Source: Azolla caroliniana | Lineage: Eukaryota; Plantae; Polypodiophyta | Assembly: GCA_043228905.1 (NCBI GenBank) | Contig: JBHGNT010000014.1 | Location: forward strand, 20,646,001 to 20,710,000 | Length of the DNA stretch: 64,000 nucleotides | Reading direction: 5' to 3' | Shown: in pieces, positions 1 to 11,086 of the stretch | How positions within the stretch are numbered: the stretch's first letter is position 1 | Layout of the letters: every line of letters starts with the position of its first letter | The notes under the pieces: generated by a model | What the model was told of the DNA's origin: nothing | What the model saw: only the letters and a program-made list of their open reading frames with translations | Databases searched by the model: none | Program-made: the position numbers and the translations under genes

Positions 1-199
1 AGTTTGGTTGCCCAACCTAACGTATAAACATGAGAAACTTGCCATTTTCTCTCATTTTTCAAACGAGATTTTCAGGGTTTTCTACCGGGAAAGATTTTCA
101 ACTAGATCATACTTGTCATTTTCTCTCATTTGCCACATCTACCTTCGCCCCCATTTACACCGAAGGTAATTATTTTACTTGTTTCTACTTTTTCTACAA

Positions 200-684
200 T
201 TTTTTTGGGTGTAAATGTTTTTTTTCATGTTGAGGGTTTAGGTTCAAGGAAATGTAATGGTTTGCTTGATCATTTATTTTAGAAAATGTTTAGGGTTTTG
301 CATGATAATGGATTGTTGATTATTGATATTTGATTATTTAGGATTTTGGTTTATTTATGGTTACTAGGTTTTTTGGTGTAAATGCCATTTTTCATGTCAC
401 AGGTTTAGGGTTTTTGGGTGTAAATGCCACATTTCATGTTGTAGGTTTAGGGTTTAGAAAATGTTTAGGGTTTAGGTTTAGGGATCGGGGAAATGTTTAG
501 GGTTTTGCTTGATGGTTGATTATTGATTATTTAGGGTTTTGTTATGATGAAATTTGTTGGTGTAAATCATGTTTTTCATGTCGAGGGTTTAGGGTTCAGG
601 AAAATGTTTACAGTTTTGCTTGATGGTTGATTATTGATTATTTGGGGTTTTACTTGAGTTATGATTAAATTTCTTGGTGTAAAT
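200..684 (+). repeat. Degenerate tandem array containing GGTGTAAAT..TTTTCATG..GGGTTTAGGGTT units (telomere-like TTTAGGG motifs); continues at 1243-1337
   Basis: Recurring units start near 208, 376, 417, 559 and 676. The array resumes after the MITE at 1243. Confidence 0.8.
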
Positions 685-1242
685 TAACAATCGGCAACGG
701 TTCGGTTCGGTTTGAGAGGGTCCAAACCGAACCGTTAAATTTTTTTGAAACCTGAACCAAACCGAACCAAACCGCGAAACCTTTAAACCGAACCGTTAAA
801 CATTTTTCAAACTGTTAAACCTTTAAACCGTAAAAACCGCGGTTTTGTGGTTCGGTTTCGGTTTTCTACATACGTCAATTTGTTATTTTTTATTTTTTTA
901 AAATTTATAATATTTCATTATTTAGAATTTTTAAAAATTTTAAGATGTTCCTAAAATGTGAGAATAAGAGTAAAAATGAAAAGATTGTTTAAAAACAATT
1001 TTTAAAATTGTTTAGAATTTTTTTTAAATTTTTTAAATTTTTAAAAATAAAAAATAAAAAATAAAAACTGTTAAACCGTTAAAACTGCGGTTTTTGACTG
1101 TTGAAACCAAACCGAAACTGAACCAAACCGTTAAAAAAAACCTAAACCTGAACCAAACCGAACCAAACCGGTGAATCGTTTAGCCGTTAAACCGCGGTTT
1201 CGCAGTTCGGTTTGGTTCAAACTGAACCGTTGCCGATTGTTA
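685..1242. mobile_element. hAT-type MITE, 558 bp
   Basis: Perfect 19-bp TIRs TAACAATCGGCAACGGTTC (685-703 / 1224-1242), 8-bp TSD GTGTAAAT (677-684, 1243-1250), subterminal AACCG/CGGTT repeats and an AT-rich core. Confidence 0.92.
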
Positions 1243-1338
1243 GTGTAAATCATGTTTTTCATGTTGAGGGTTTAGGGTTTAGGAAAATATGGTTTTGCTT
1301 GATTTCTATATGATTTCTTTTACTTGAATTAGGGTTTA

Positions 1339-1520
1339 GCTTTTGCTTGATTTTAAATTCATGCTTTTGCTTGATTTTAGATTCATGTTTTTGCTTGATT
1401 TTAGACTCATGCTTTCGCTTGATTTTAGATTTATGTTTTTGCTTGATTTTAGACTCATGCTTTCGCTTGATTTTAGATTCATGCTTTTGCGTGATTTTAG
1501 ATTCATGCTTTTGCTTGATC
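1339..1520 (+). repeat. 24-bp minisatellite GCTTTTGCTTGATTTTAGATTCAT, about 7.5 copies
   Basis: Directly visible. It also produces the periodic spurious ORFs 1336..1587 and 1343..1570. Confidence 0.9.
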
Positions 1521-1806
1521 CTGTAGATGGTTGCCTAGTCCAAGTACAAAGAGTGGTTGGATCCCGATAACAATGACATATATCCAACAGAAGGGAGGTA
1601 TGTCACAAACCAATTTTGATTGCTAGTGGTAATGATGTGTGATGCTTTCGCTTGATTTTTGATTCATGCTTTTGCTTGATCCTGTAGATGGCTGCCGAGT
1701 CCAAGTACAAAGAGTGGTTGGATCCCGATAACAATGACATATATCCAATAGAAGGGAGGCATGTCACAAACCAAATTTGATTGCTAGTAGTAATGATGTG
1801 TGATGC
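1500..1806 (+). repeat. Tandem duplication (period 161 bp) of a putative first exon
   Basis: CTGTAGATGG...AATGATGTGTGATGC occurs at 1521 and at 1682. Confidence 0.85.
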
Positions 1807-4470
1807 ATGTATGCTGATTAATGATTTGTTAAAGGGTTTTTGTTAGAGGAGATTGGAGAAATTGTGCATCTTACACGTCTGAGGGTGGAAAGAGGTTGGA
1901 CCAAGGACTAGCGGTTTCTCCTCCTCGGTTTGACCCCATATTTGGTATGGCATCGTTCAAGGAAGATGCTCCTCCAAATGGTATGTGGATGTACTTCATT
2001 GTGTTATCTCGATCTTCTTGTAAATATAGTCAGACAAATCTAAGGCATACTCTCAACACTAGATAGTGAGGTCCCAAACTCGTTGTATAGAGTTGGGCGA
2101 GATGCACGAGGGAACAAGGCTCACACATGTATCTTGGCCGAGTGTTGCCGCAAATCGCCAAAATGGTATCACAAGAAATGCGACATCGAAGGACACTTAC
2201 GGAAGAGACATGACATCGACATAATGATGCCAAGAGGAATGAGGATGAAGGAAGATGAGGGTACTTTGGGAGCGTGCTTCAACAACTATGAGCGCAAGAG
2301 ATCACTAAAGCATTTTAAGGACCCCGAGATCAAGTACCATAGAAATCGGCAATTTTACATCCGTAAGTTGAAGGTAAGGGTCATTTCTAGCTTCAACTCC
2401 ACTCGTGTTGAACTTAGACAAGACACCAAGGTAGAGTTTGTGGGACGATTTATGGAGCATGAGATGGAAAACTTTGACTAAAAGATGAACATATGGAGAT
2501 GTTGAAGAAGAAGATTGCATCTGGATTGGATTCTTATGTAAGTATTCAACTTTAATGTTGTTTTAGTGTATGAGGGTTAATTATTTGGATTTGGTCATAA
2601 CATGTTTGTATTTTTTTTTCCCCATAAAAATATCCTCCATTGGTATTAACATAAAGTGGCCAAAGGCAATATACAAAACAACCCAGTATTTCAAAGAAAA
2701 CTATTGAACACTCGTGCAACTTTAATAGTCTCAACAACATTGGGTTCAAGATTTTTGGCCTTTATCACTGGAGTCTCTGCCACATATATTGATTAGCATT
2801 CCTTCACCCAGTTTCTGGTGGGCATATCCTAAAATAAGTGTGGTCCAACATGCGAGATCACGGATGGTGAGCTCGCCAAATACTTCCTTGGCTTTCTCCA
2901 CTTCACCACATTTTCCATACATGACCATCAAAGCAGTGCCCACAACTTCTTCTTGCAAGCACCTTTCCTGAATATCATAATGAATGTATTTGTCCTTGGA
3001 AATGGCACATATATTAGCACAAGCCCTTAGGATGGATGTGAACGTGACAGAATCGGGAGAAAAGACTTCTTTCTGCATCTAATAAAAAAGATTGAGGGCT
3101 TCCCCAACTTGGCATTGTTGGGTATATCCACAAATCAATGCATTCCAACAAACCGTATCATGAACCGGAAGCTCATAAAATAGTGCTTGAGACATCGCTA
3201 ATGCACCACATTTGGCATACATATCAACCAAAAGTTCATCAAAGAGTTCTTGAGACCTATCCAACATTCCACATTTCGCATACATAGTGAGTAGAGTTGT
3301 ATAGAGAGAGATGTTTTTTCCCCCATCATGTCCTTCTTCAGAATCACATCATGAATCTCTGTTCCTTTATTGATGGCTCTCATGTTAGTACAGGCCTTGA
3401 AGATACAAATGTATGTGATGTCATTAGGAGAGAACCCTTCATTACGCATTTGGTCAAAGAAATCAAGGGTTTCTTCATTGCAGCCATGAACATGTGTGTA
3501 TTCGATGTAAAAAATGTAAAAAGGCAGGGATATCCATCGAAGAAGGTGGTTTGTCAACTGATACACAAGAGGCACAACAACCATATGATGTGACCACACC
3601 ACCTAGACGGAGACGACCAAAATTGCAAGTTAGACGGAAGGAGGTGGAGTCGTTGATTGATGTTGTCACGTTAACATCAGATTCAGATGGCGAATCACCA
3701 AATGTGGCCACTGTACAAATTGGAAGTGATAAGGCCATCTGATTGTGGATCCAAACATTAGACTTGGAGTTTGCCAAGTTTAAATTGATTAGTGGATTAC
3801 AATTTGTAAATTTTAGATTGAAGTGTGGCTCAATTCAATTTGCCTGCTTGTTTTTTTGTAACAAGTACCAACTTGCATGCCGAAGGCTAGATCTCGCTGT
3901 TGACATTGCATAGTCAGATCTCCAGATGTGCAAGGAGGGAGAAATGGCATCCACATGGACCATCATGCCATTATTCACCATGTGGATGGAGTATTTGTTG
4001 CCCCATGAGGTGTTTGAAAGGTTTACGATAGTAGACCCACTTTGGGTGCAACTACAAAAGCAAATGACGAAGGTGCAAGACATCCTCGGACGTGTGGCCG
4101 AGCGTGACTTCATCTTCATTGCGATCGTAGTCTCGGGCCATTAGGTGCTATGGACAAAGTTGCTGCACAAAGTTTCTAAGCTACCAACACAATAGTCTTA
4201 TGCGATCCACTAAATAATGAGGCAACTAGCACCTTGCGAAGTCTTGCAGACATCGCGATTCAGACAATATCTAGAGCACCGGAAGACAATGAGATCGTGT
4301 TGCAGGGTTGACATCATGTAATGCACATCCCAACTCAACCAAACGGTTGGGATTGTGGCTTTTATGTGATGAAGAATATACAAATGTTGGTCAAGGAGTT
4401 TATTCTTGGATGGATATCTCCAGAATTTGTAAGTCGGTTTGCAAATGGATGTCTCGTGTGGATTTTGTTG
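1688..4470 (+). pseudogene. Spliced MULE accessory gene: Cys/His-rich N-terminal part and C-terminal Ulp1/C48 (SUMO-protease-like) domain, with stops
   Basis: AG/GT-bounded exon-like blocks (MAAESKYKEWLDPDNNDIYPIEG; GDWRNCASY...APPN; CILAECCRKSPKWYHKKCDIEGHLRKRH). The Ulp1-like core is FIFIAIVVSGH*VLW (4110-4150) and PTQPNGWDCGFYVMKNIQML (Cys codon 4354-4356). The exon structure is uncertain. Confidence 0.6.
2780..3490 (-). pseudogene. PLS-class pentatricopeptide repeat (PPR) gene fragment, frameshifted and internally deleted
   Basis: Motifs MRNEGFSPNDITYICIFKAC, DMYAKCG..FDEL, CWNALICGYTQ, SPDSVTFTSILRAC, GTALMVMYGKCG..AKEVF and CWTTLILGYAH are spread over three frames. Confidence 0.88.
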
Positions 4471-5581
4471 GATCTTGTTCTTATACATATTTGTTCATAG
4501 GGCACAGAGATGTGTTTCACCCAATATGACGTGGATTCCCTTCAGATTCAAGTCGCAAGTTGGGCTCGACGGGTTTTGGGATTTTGTAAATTTTGTATAC
4601 GAGAGCTCTTGTCAATAAATAGATTTTGTAAAGTTAACTTTGTATGCAACAAATTTTGTAAATTTTGTATGCGGAGGATATTGTAATATTTGTATGCAAT
4701 AGATTTCTCCCGTTTTAATCTTAAACTCCTCCGTCTCCATGCTATACACCGATGGCACACCATTCCGCACTCCTTGTATACGACTTATTGGTCAACCAAC
4801 CCTAAACCCTTGAGGCTATGTTTACGAATGAGTTTAGTTTTGTTAACATACAATGCTTGCTTGGTATTTGAACATGGAAATAAGCTATATGTATACTACG
4901 AAGAAAGCCATTTTTAGCCTAATATTGTTGTAGAAAACACAACGAATCATAATATTTCCCACAAATCATGAATCATAATATTTGCCACAAAGAATCATTG
5001 CATAGAAGTGGAACTAGAGATTCACAAACCCTTATCTAACTTTTACACTGAATCATAGTTTTGTTGCAAAAAGACTCTCTTGAAACTGAAATTCATCGTA
5101 TAAAATCTACAGTATTTTGACATGCTATTATCAGGTCGCCCAACCTATTATATTGAAGTCGACCACCCTATTTTAATGAGGCCGCCCAACCTGTTTTAAT
5201 CGAGTCATCCATTGCAAAGGTCGCCCAACCTATGGCCGCCAACGACTCCAATCAACATGTTTTTGATTAAACAGTTAAATTAACGGTCATATTAATGATG
5301 ACTTGAGTGTAACATGTCAATTTGTAAAGGCGGATGGATTTTTAATCAATGGCCCTTGAGTTAATCGTAGAGTTTGAATCGCTGTCAACCCTAAACCCTC
5401 GTTTTATTAATCTCGATAACACTCAATCGTATCCTATTAATCCCATTTGATTCATATTAATTATATCTTACTATTGAATTAATCACATCAAGATTGGAAA
5501 GATTGCTATGATGAATCCACATGACCCTGATTTCATCACCTCATTGTATGATTATGAGGATGGTTTTGCGTCATCATACTC

Positions 5582-5879
5582 TGTTGGAGACAAGGCCGTG
5601 TCGATGCGGAAGATCAAGAAGCATTCGATTAGGTTTGAATACCTGCGTATGACAGTCTCTGAGTCGTTGCACAGAGAGAGAGAGAGAGAGAGAGGCACAA
5701 AACGACTTTCTATTCCATAGAAGAAAATAATACAACCAACCTTACAAAAAGGTTACAAGGTCACTTTATATAGTGACAACCTAGGGCAACTACCCTTTAT
5801 GCTAATTACACAAATGCCCCAAACTTGGGCTATACAAAGGGATAGTGTGAATATGTCCATTATACACTTGTATTCGACA
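5582..5879 (-). repeat. 3' LTR of copia element (298 bp)
   Basis: TGTTGG...CGACA, containing (AG)11. The adjacent CTCCCCC at 5880-5886 is the PPT on the minus strand. Confidence 0.95.
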
Positions 5880-6073
5880 CTCCCCCGTAATGGGCGTATA
5901 CATGGGTTATCTAAGATTACAGGTATAAGCCTAGGTTCTCGGACATATCAGTTTTTGTTCGAGTCGGCAGGGTCCGAAGGCAGAAGACCGGACTGGTCGG
6001 GTCGGAAGAGTTGAAGCCGATCATTAAGGAACTGATGTCGGTTGTCCGAAACCATCCTGTGCTGTGTCCGGCT

Positions 6074-9000
6074 CTAACCGGACTGGTTTGTCGTTACGCC
6101 CATCTGATGCCGAAGAGACCGAAAGCAGTCTGCCGAAAGACACTTGGTCATTCCATCTGCGACATTGTTGGTTGTGGATATTTTCTCTAGACCGATTTTC
6201 CCTGAAATGACGCAGTCCCGAACGAAGTGATATCGAACGTCGATGTGTTTGGAGGCGTTGTGGTGAACCGGATTTCTCGACAGGGCAACAGCACCTTGAC
6301 TGTCGCTATAGACAACTGGAGTCGAGTCGTGGTCGACTTGCCGAAACGTGTGCGCCAGCCGGCCGAGCCACAAAGCTTCTTTTGTTGCGTCGGACACAGC
6401 TACATATTCTGCTTCGGTCGTTGAGGTCGCTGTGCACTCCTGGAGTTTCGACTTCCACGAGATTGCTCCATTGCCGAATTTGAAGCAGTATCCGGTTGTT
6501 GATTTCCGACTGTCTATACAGCCGGCGAAGTCCGAGTCGGTGTAACCGACTACGCCTGAGGTTCGGTTCGGACCGAAAAGAATGCCGTGGTCTTTTGTGC
6601 CAGCCAGATATCTGAACACATGCTTGACTGCGTTCCAATGCGATCGGCCAGGATTGTGCATAAATCTGCTAACGACTCCTACGGCATGAGAAATATCAGG
6701 CCGTGTCGCGACCATCAGGTACATAAGGGAGCCGACTGCCGGTGCATACGGTACCGACTTCATATCTTCCCCCTCCGGACCGGATGTCGGGCAGTCTCGC
6801 TGAGAGAGCCGAAGATTCATGGGGAGCGGGGTTGAAGCAGATTTGGCTGATTGCATGTTGAAGCGTTCCAAGACACGTCCAATATAGTCGGTCTGAGACA
6901 AAAAAAGATGTCGTTTATCGCGATGCCGACTAATCTTCATGCCAAGGATGTGTCGTGCCGGACCGAGGTCCTTCATGGCAAACTTCAACCGCAGTTGCCG
7001 AATGAGATCGGCAAGTTCGCCCGCGTGGCGTCCAGAAATTAGCATGTCGTCCACGTAAATGATGAGGAAGATGGGTGATCCATCTTGAGCGGTGTTGGTG
7101 AAGAGACAATGGTCCTCATCGCTTTTGGAGAAGCCGATTGATTGGATGAAGTCGTCGAACTTCTTGTACCATTGTCGCGGTGCCTGTTTGAGGCCGTATA
7201 GACTCTTCCTGAGTCGGCAGACTAGATGTTCTTGGCCAGTTGCCACGAAGCCTTTGGGCTGCTCCATATAAATTTCCTCGTCAAGATCACCATGGAGAAA
7301 GGCTGTTTTGACATCTAGCTGAATCAGCTCCAAGTTGTCGGCTGCCACTACGCCGAGTAGGAAACGAAGGGTTGTCATTTTCACCACTGGTGAAAAAATC
7401 TCGTCGAAGTCGACGCCGTATTCTTGTCGGAAGCCCTTCGCAACTAGTCTGGCCTTGTACTTTGGGGTGGTCGAATCAGACGTCTCTTTTAGTCGATAGA
7501 CCCACTTGCAAGGAAGAGCACGTCGGTTCCTAGGTAATTCGACCAGATCCCAAGTCTTGTTTGCCCTAATGGAGTGCATTTCCGACTCCATCGCCAGATG
7601 CCAGGTGGCTGAATCGACAGATGTCGATGCTTCTTCGTAAGACGTCGGTTCGCCGGCGTCGGTGAAGAAAATTCCAGGAGAATACCTCTCCGGAGGTTGC
7701 GACAGTCTCTCGGATCGTCGAGGTATGATTGGACTGGTCGCGTCGGGTATCGAGGTCGGATGGTCCGAAAGCGGATTGTTCTGGTGTGCCGAGTCGGGGT
7801 TGTCCGAGTCGGTAGTGTAAGGTTCAGCTACCCGTGAAGCTGACCGTGTGTTGAGAGCGGGGCCTGCTTGAAGGGTCGGCACATCGGAAAATGTTACCCT
7901 TCGGACTTCGATCGGTTTTTCGACTGATGGATTCATAGCCGACTCGTTGAACACAACGTCCGAACTTCGAACGATTTGTCTGCGTTCGGGGTCCCAGAGT
8001 CGGTATCCCATTTCGCCGTCTGATCCATATCCAAGGAAGATGCATTTCCTGGACCGAGGTGCAAGTTTTCGGCGATCATCTTTCGGAATGAGGGCGTACG
8101 CCTCGCATCCGAAGATCCTCAGCTTGTCGTAATTCGGCTTACTGCCGATCCATAGTTCCTGAGGAATTTGAAGTCCTAGAGGTCTACTTGGCGACATATT
8201 GATTATGTGTACTGCCGTGAGTAGAGCCTCTGCCCAGAAGCCATCCGACAGTCCAGAGTGTTGGAGCATGGAAACTATCCGTTCTTGGATTGTCCGATTC
8301 ATTCGTTCTGCAATCCCGTTTTGCTCCGGACTGTGTGGTGCCGTAAATTCACGTCGGATGCCGCGTTGTCGGCAGAATTTGACGAATTCTTCGGATTTGA
8401 ACTCTCCCCCATTGTCTGTCCGAAAGCATTTCAGCTTTCGGTCGGTTTGATTTTCTACCATAGCGAGCCAATCGGAGAAGATCGAGAAGACACGATCTTT
8501 GGTGCGAATTGGATACGCCCACACCTTTCGAGTCGAATCGTCAATAAAACTGACGAAGTAAGAGGCACCACCAAGAGACTGATGCGGCATTGGGCCACAG
8601 ACGTCCGAGTGGACTAAATCGAGGGGTCTCGTTTCTCTTGGTGCTGATGTCGGGTGTGATGCGGCCGCTTGTTTGCCATACTGGCAATGTTCGCAGAATT
8701 GATGGTCGGAGAAGGAGAGTTTAGGGATGTATCCGGCTCTAGATAGATGCGTTATGCCGGCCTTGCTGAGGTGTCCTAATCTTCTGTGCCATAGTGATGA
8801 CACAGGAATATCCACCAAAAACAGGTTACCCTCTCTGAGCGTAACATGTAACGGATACAGTGAGTGTATCTTGGGTCCTCTAGCAAGCAGGAGGTTCCCC
8901 CTGTGGAGTGTCCACCCTCCCGAAGAAAAACCGGCACGAATGCCGTCTTCATCTAGTTGTCCGACGGAGATCAATGGCCTTGAGAGCTCGGGTACATGTC

Positions 9001-10108
9001 GGACATTGTGAAGTACAAGTGTAGAGCCACCTGCAAGGTTGAGCTCTACTGTGCCGATTCCAATGATGTCACAGTGTTGCGAGTTGCCGACTCGAACTGA
9101 GTCGGAGTGACGGATCGTATATTGCCGAAATTGGGATCGATGAGGAGTCACGTGAAATGACGCGCCCGAATCTAAGAGCCATGTGCTCGATTCTTCAGTC
9201 GTGAGTAGAACTTCTGATCCGACTGGATTTTCGATTGATAGTATATTCGGGTCGTCTGGTAGCACATTAGCTGAGAAGCTGACGTAATTGATCTCCTCAT
9301 GCCGGCCACTCTTCTTGTCTGCTTTCTGAGACTTGTCGTTCTTGTTCTTGAGTGCGCGGCAGTCGGCTTTGATGTGTCCGGGTTTCTTGCAATAGTTGCA
9401 GATTCGATTGTCCCGTGACTGGCTCCGTCTTCGCTGATTGTTCGGCTGCCGTGAGGAATCTCTTCCTCGTATGTTCGATCGGTCTGTCGAACCTTGTACT
9501 ACATAAGCGTCGTCTGTTGAGTCTTTGGCGAAAGACTTTCTCCGAGCTGCTTCGGTCAGGATTGCGCTCGTGACTTCGGAGTATTTAACAGCCGTGGTTG
9601 ACGCGTTGCACACGGTTGTGACGAAAGTTTCCCATGATGAGGGAAGGCTGCTCATGAGTATCATTGCTCTGAGTTCATCCTCGATTGCCGTCCCCTGAGA
9701 TGAGATTTGGGAGCTTATGCTTTCGTACTCATTGAGATGTGCTTGAACCGAATCGGATTCTTTCATCCGCAAGTTGTAGAGGCGCCGAATAAGAAACATC
9801 TTCGTTGCAGTGACCTTCTTTTCGTAAGTGTCCGACAGTGTTTTCCACAGTTCGAATGCTGTCGTACACGATTGCACCGTAAAGTATACCGATTCCGATA
9901 GGTGCATCCGAATCGTGGCGCGGACGATTCTGTCCAGCTTCTGCCACTCAATTGGTTTGTATCCTTCTGGAGGTTCTTCATTTTCGATGGGATCGATTTG
10001 CCCCTTGACTATGAGATAGTCCTGCATTTGCTCCTTCCAGAAGTTGAAGTTCGATCCATCGAACTTTCGTAGACTCATTTCTGATGAGCCGGATGTCGAT
10101 GCCATCAA
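6074..10108 (-). CDS. Copia Gag-Pol polyprotein (Gag, zinc knuckle, protease, integrase, RT, RNase H), 1344 aa
   Basis: CNYCKKPGHIKADC, WLLDSGAS, LWHRRLGH..CEHC, HSDVCGP/TDNGGEF/NGIAER, YKARLVAKG, QLDVKTAFLHG, IYVDDML, YTDSDFAG, KHIDVRYHF. No stops in the ORF. Confidence 0.97.
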   Translation of the reverse strand: MMASTSGSSEMSLRKFDGSNFNFWKEQMQDYLIVKGQIDPIENEEPPEGYKPIEWQKLDRIVRATIRMHLSESVYFTVQSCTTAFELWKTLSDTYEKKVTATKMFLIRRLYNLRMKESDSVQAHLNEYESISSQISSQGTAIEDELRAMILMSSLPSSWETFVTTVCNASTTAVKYSEVTSAILTEAARRKSFAKDSTDDAYVVQGSTDRSNIRGRDSSRQPNNQRRRSQSRDNRICNYCKKPGHIKADCRALKNKNDKSQKADKKSGRHEEINYVSFSANVLPDDPNILSIENPVGSEVLLTTEESSTWLLDSGASFHVTPHRSQFRQYTIRHSDSVRVGNSQHCDIIGIGTVELNLAGGSTLVLHNVRHVPELSRPLISVGQLDEDGIRAGFSSGGWTLHRGNLLLARGPKIHSLYPLHVTLREGNLFLVDIPVSSLWHRRLGHLSKAGITHLSRAGYIPKLSFSDHQFCEHCQYGKQAAASHPTSAPRETRPLDLVHSDVCGPMPHQSLGGASYFVSFIDDSTRKVWAYPIRTKDRVFSIFSDWLAMVENQTDRKLKCFRTDNGGEFKSEEFVKFCRQRGIRREFTAPHSPEQNGIAERMNRTIQERIVSMLQHSGLSDGFWAEALLTAVHIINMSPSRPLGLQIPQELWIGSKPNYDKLRIFGCEAYALIPKDDRRKLAPRSRKCIFLGYGSDGEMGYRLWDPERRQIVRSSDVVFNESAMNPSVEKPIEVRRVTFSDVPTLQAGPALNTRSASRVAEPYTTDSDNPDSAHQNNPLSDHPTSIPDATSPIIPRRSERLSQPPERYSPGIFFTDAGEPTSYEEASTSVDSATWHLAMESEMHSIRANKTWDLVELPRNRRALPCKWVYRLKETSDSTTPKYKARLVAKGFRQEYGVDFDEIFSPVVKMTTLRFLLGVVAADNLELIQLDVKTAFLHGDLDEEIYMEQPKGFVATGQEHLVCRLRKSLYGLKQAPRQWYKKFDDFIQSIGFSKSDEDHCLFTNTAQDGSPIFLIIYVDDMLISGRHAGELADLIRQLRLKFAMKDLGPARHILGMKISRHRDKRHLFLSQTDYIGRVLERFNMQSAKSASTPLPMNLRLSQRDCPTSGPEGEDMKSVPYAPAVGSLMYLMVATRPDISHAVGVVSRFMHNPGRSHWNAVKHVFRYLAGTKDHGILFGPNRTSGVVGYTDSDFAGCIDSRKSTTGYCFKFGNGAISWKSKLQECTATSTTEAEYVAVSDATKEALWLGRLAHTFRQVDHDSTPVVYSDSQGAVALSRNPVHHNASKHIDVRYHFVRDCVISGKIGLEKISTTNNVADGMTKCLSADCFRSLRHQMGVTTNQSG

Positions 10109-10771
10109 ATTTGGTTTCGGTTGACGAAGCTCGGTTCGGAGTTGACTACGAACCTTGTTGGAGTGCAGCCGGTTGGCTCACCCGATATCGTTCTAGTCGG
10201 ATTTGAACCCGAGTCGGTTCAGCTTCGGAACTTGCTCGAATTGACTCCGGTAGCTTGAGGGACAGAACCGACTGGTCTTCCCGAATGTTGCCGAGTCGGA
10301 GTGAGCCCGGTTCGTTTCGGATATATATGCCGAATACCGATTATTGAAACCGATTATCTAGACCGATTCTGCTTCGGTTGACTTCAGCAACGAGAGAGAC
10401 GGATCCAACTGATCCTCCCGAATGTCGATCAGCCAGATGAAGCACGAATTTGGGTTGTGGTCTTGAGACCGATCTGCACCGAGTGGTTACAATGAGCGGC
10501 GAGCAGCGTTTGATGACCTCTTCGGATGCCGTTTAACCGAATGGAGCACGATCGTGTCAATGTTGCACAAGGGGATTTCACCTCGAGCGGTTACGATCAC
10601 AAGGGACAGAGTACAACCTGCTGGCTTACTCCAAGCGAAGATGATCTAACGCGATGAGATGCAAACCTCGTTTTTCTTCTTCTTCTCTCTTCTTCGAATG
10701 ACGCAAGAAACCGAATGCTGTGCAGGCTGAGACGACGGCCGACAGCGGGATGAAGGACCGAATACTGTGCA

Positions 10772-10784
10772 GGCTCTGATACCA
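10772..10784 (-). promoter_or_regulatory. Primer-binding site for initiator tRNA-Met
   Basis: The minus strand reads TGGTATCAGAGCC, 2 nt inside the 5' LTR boundary. Confidence 0.93.
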
Positions 10785-10786
10785 GA

Positions 10787-11086
10787 TGTTGGAGACAAGG
10801 CCGTGTCGATGCGGAAGATCAAGAAGCATTCGATTAGGTTTGAATACCTGCGTATGACAGTCTCTGAGTCGTTGCACAGAGAGAGAGAGAGAGAGAGAGA
10901 GGCACAAAACGACTTTCTATTCCATAGAAGAAAATAATACAACCAACCTTACAAAAAGGTTACAAGGTCACTTTATATAGTGACAACCTAGGGCAACTAC
11001 CCTTTATGCTAATTACACAAATGCCCCAAACTTGGGCTATACAAAGGGATAGTGTGAATACGTCCATTATACACTTGTATTCGACA
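10787..11086 (-). repeat. 5' LTR of copia element (300 bp)
   Basis: Identical to 5582-5879 except (AG)12 versus (AG)11 and ATACG versus ATATG. Confidence 0.95.

Larger units (their letters stand above)
5582..11086 (-). mobile_element. Intact Ty1/copia LTR retrotransposon (Tnt1/Tork-like RT-RNaseH)
   Basis: TG..CA LTRs at 5582-5879 and 10787-11086, 5-bp TSD TACTC (5577-5581, 11087-11091), PBS, PPT and a single gag-pol ORF. Confidence 0.97.

Noticed and set aside
200-660. True telomere or chromosome-fusion scar
   Set aside because: TTTAGGG occurs only in runs of 1-3 inside a longer repeat unit, not as a continuous array.
1336-1587. Periodic ORFs (SSKSMNLK / LLDFRFM repeats), or a CRISPR-like array
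   Set aside because: These are translations of a contiguous 24-bp minisatellite. There are no unique spacers and no cas genes, and the context is eukaryotic.
6227-10019. Many short antisense and alternate-frame ORFs within the copia ORF
   Set aside because: Expected shadows of a GC-rich intact ORF, with no independent motifs.
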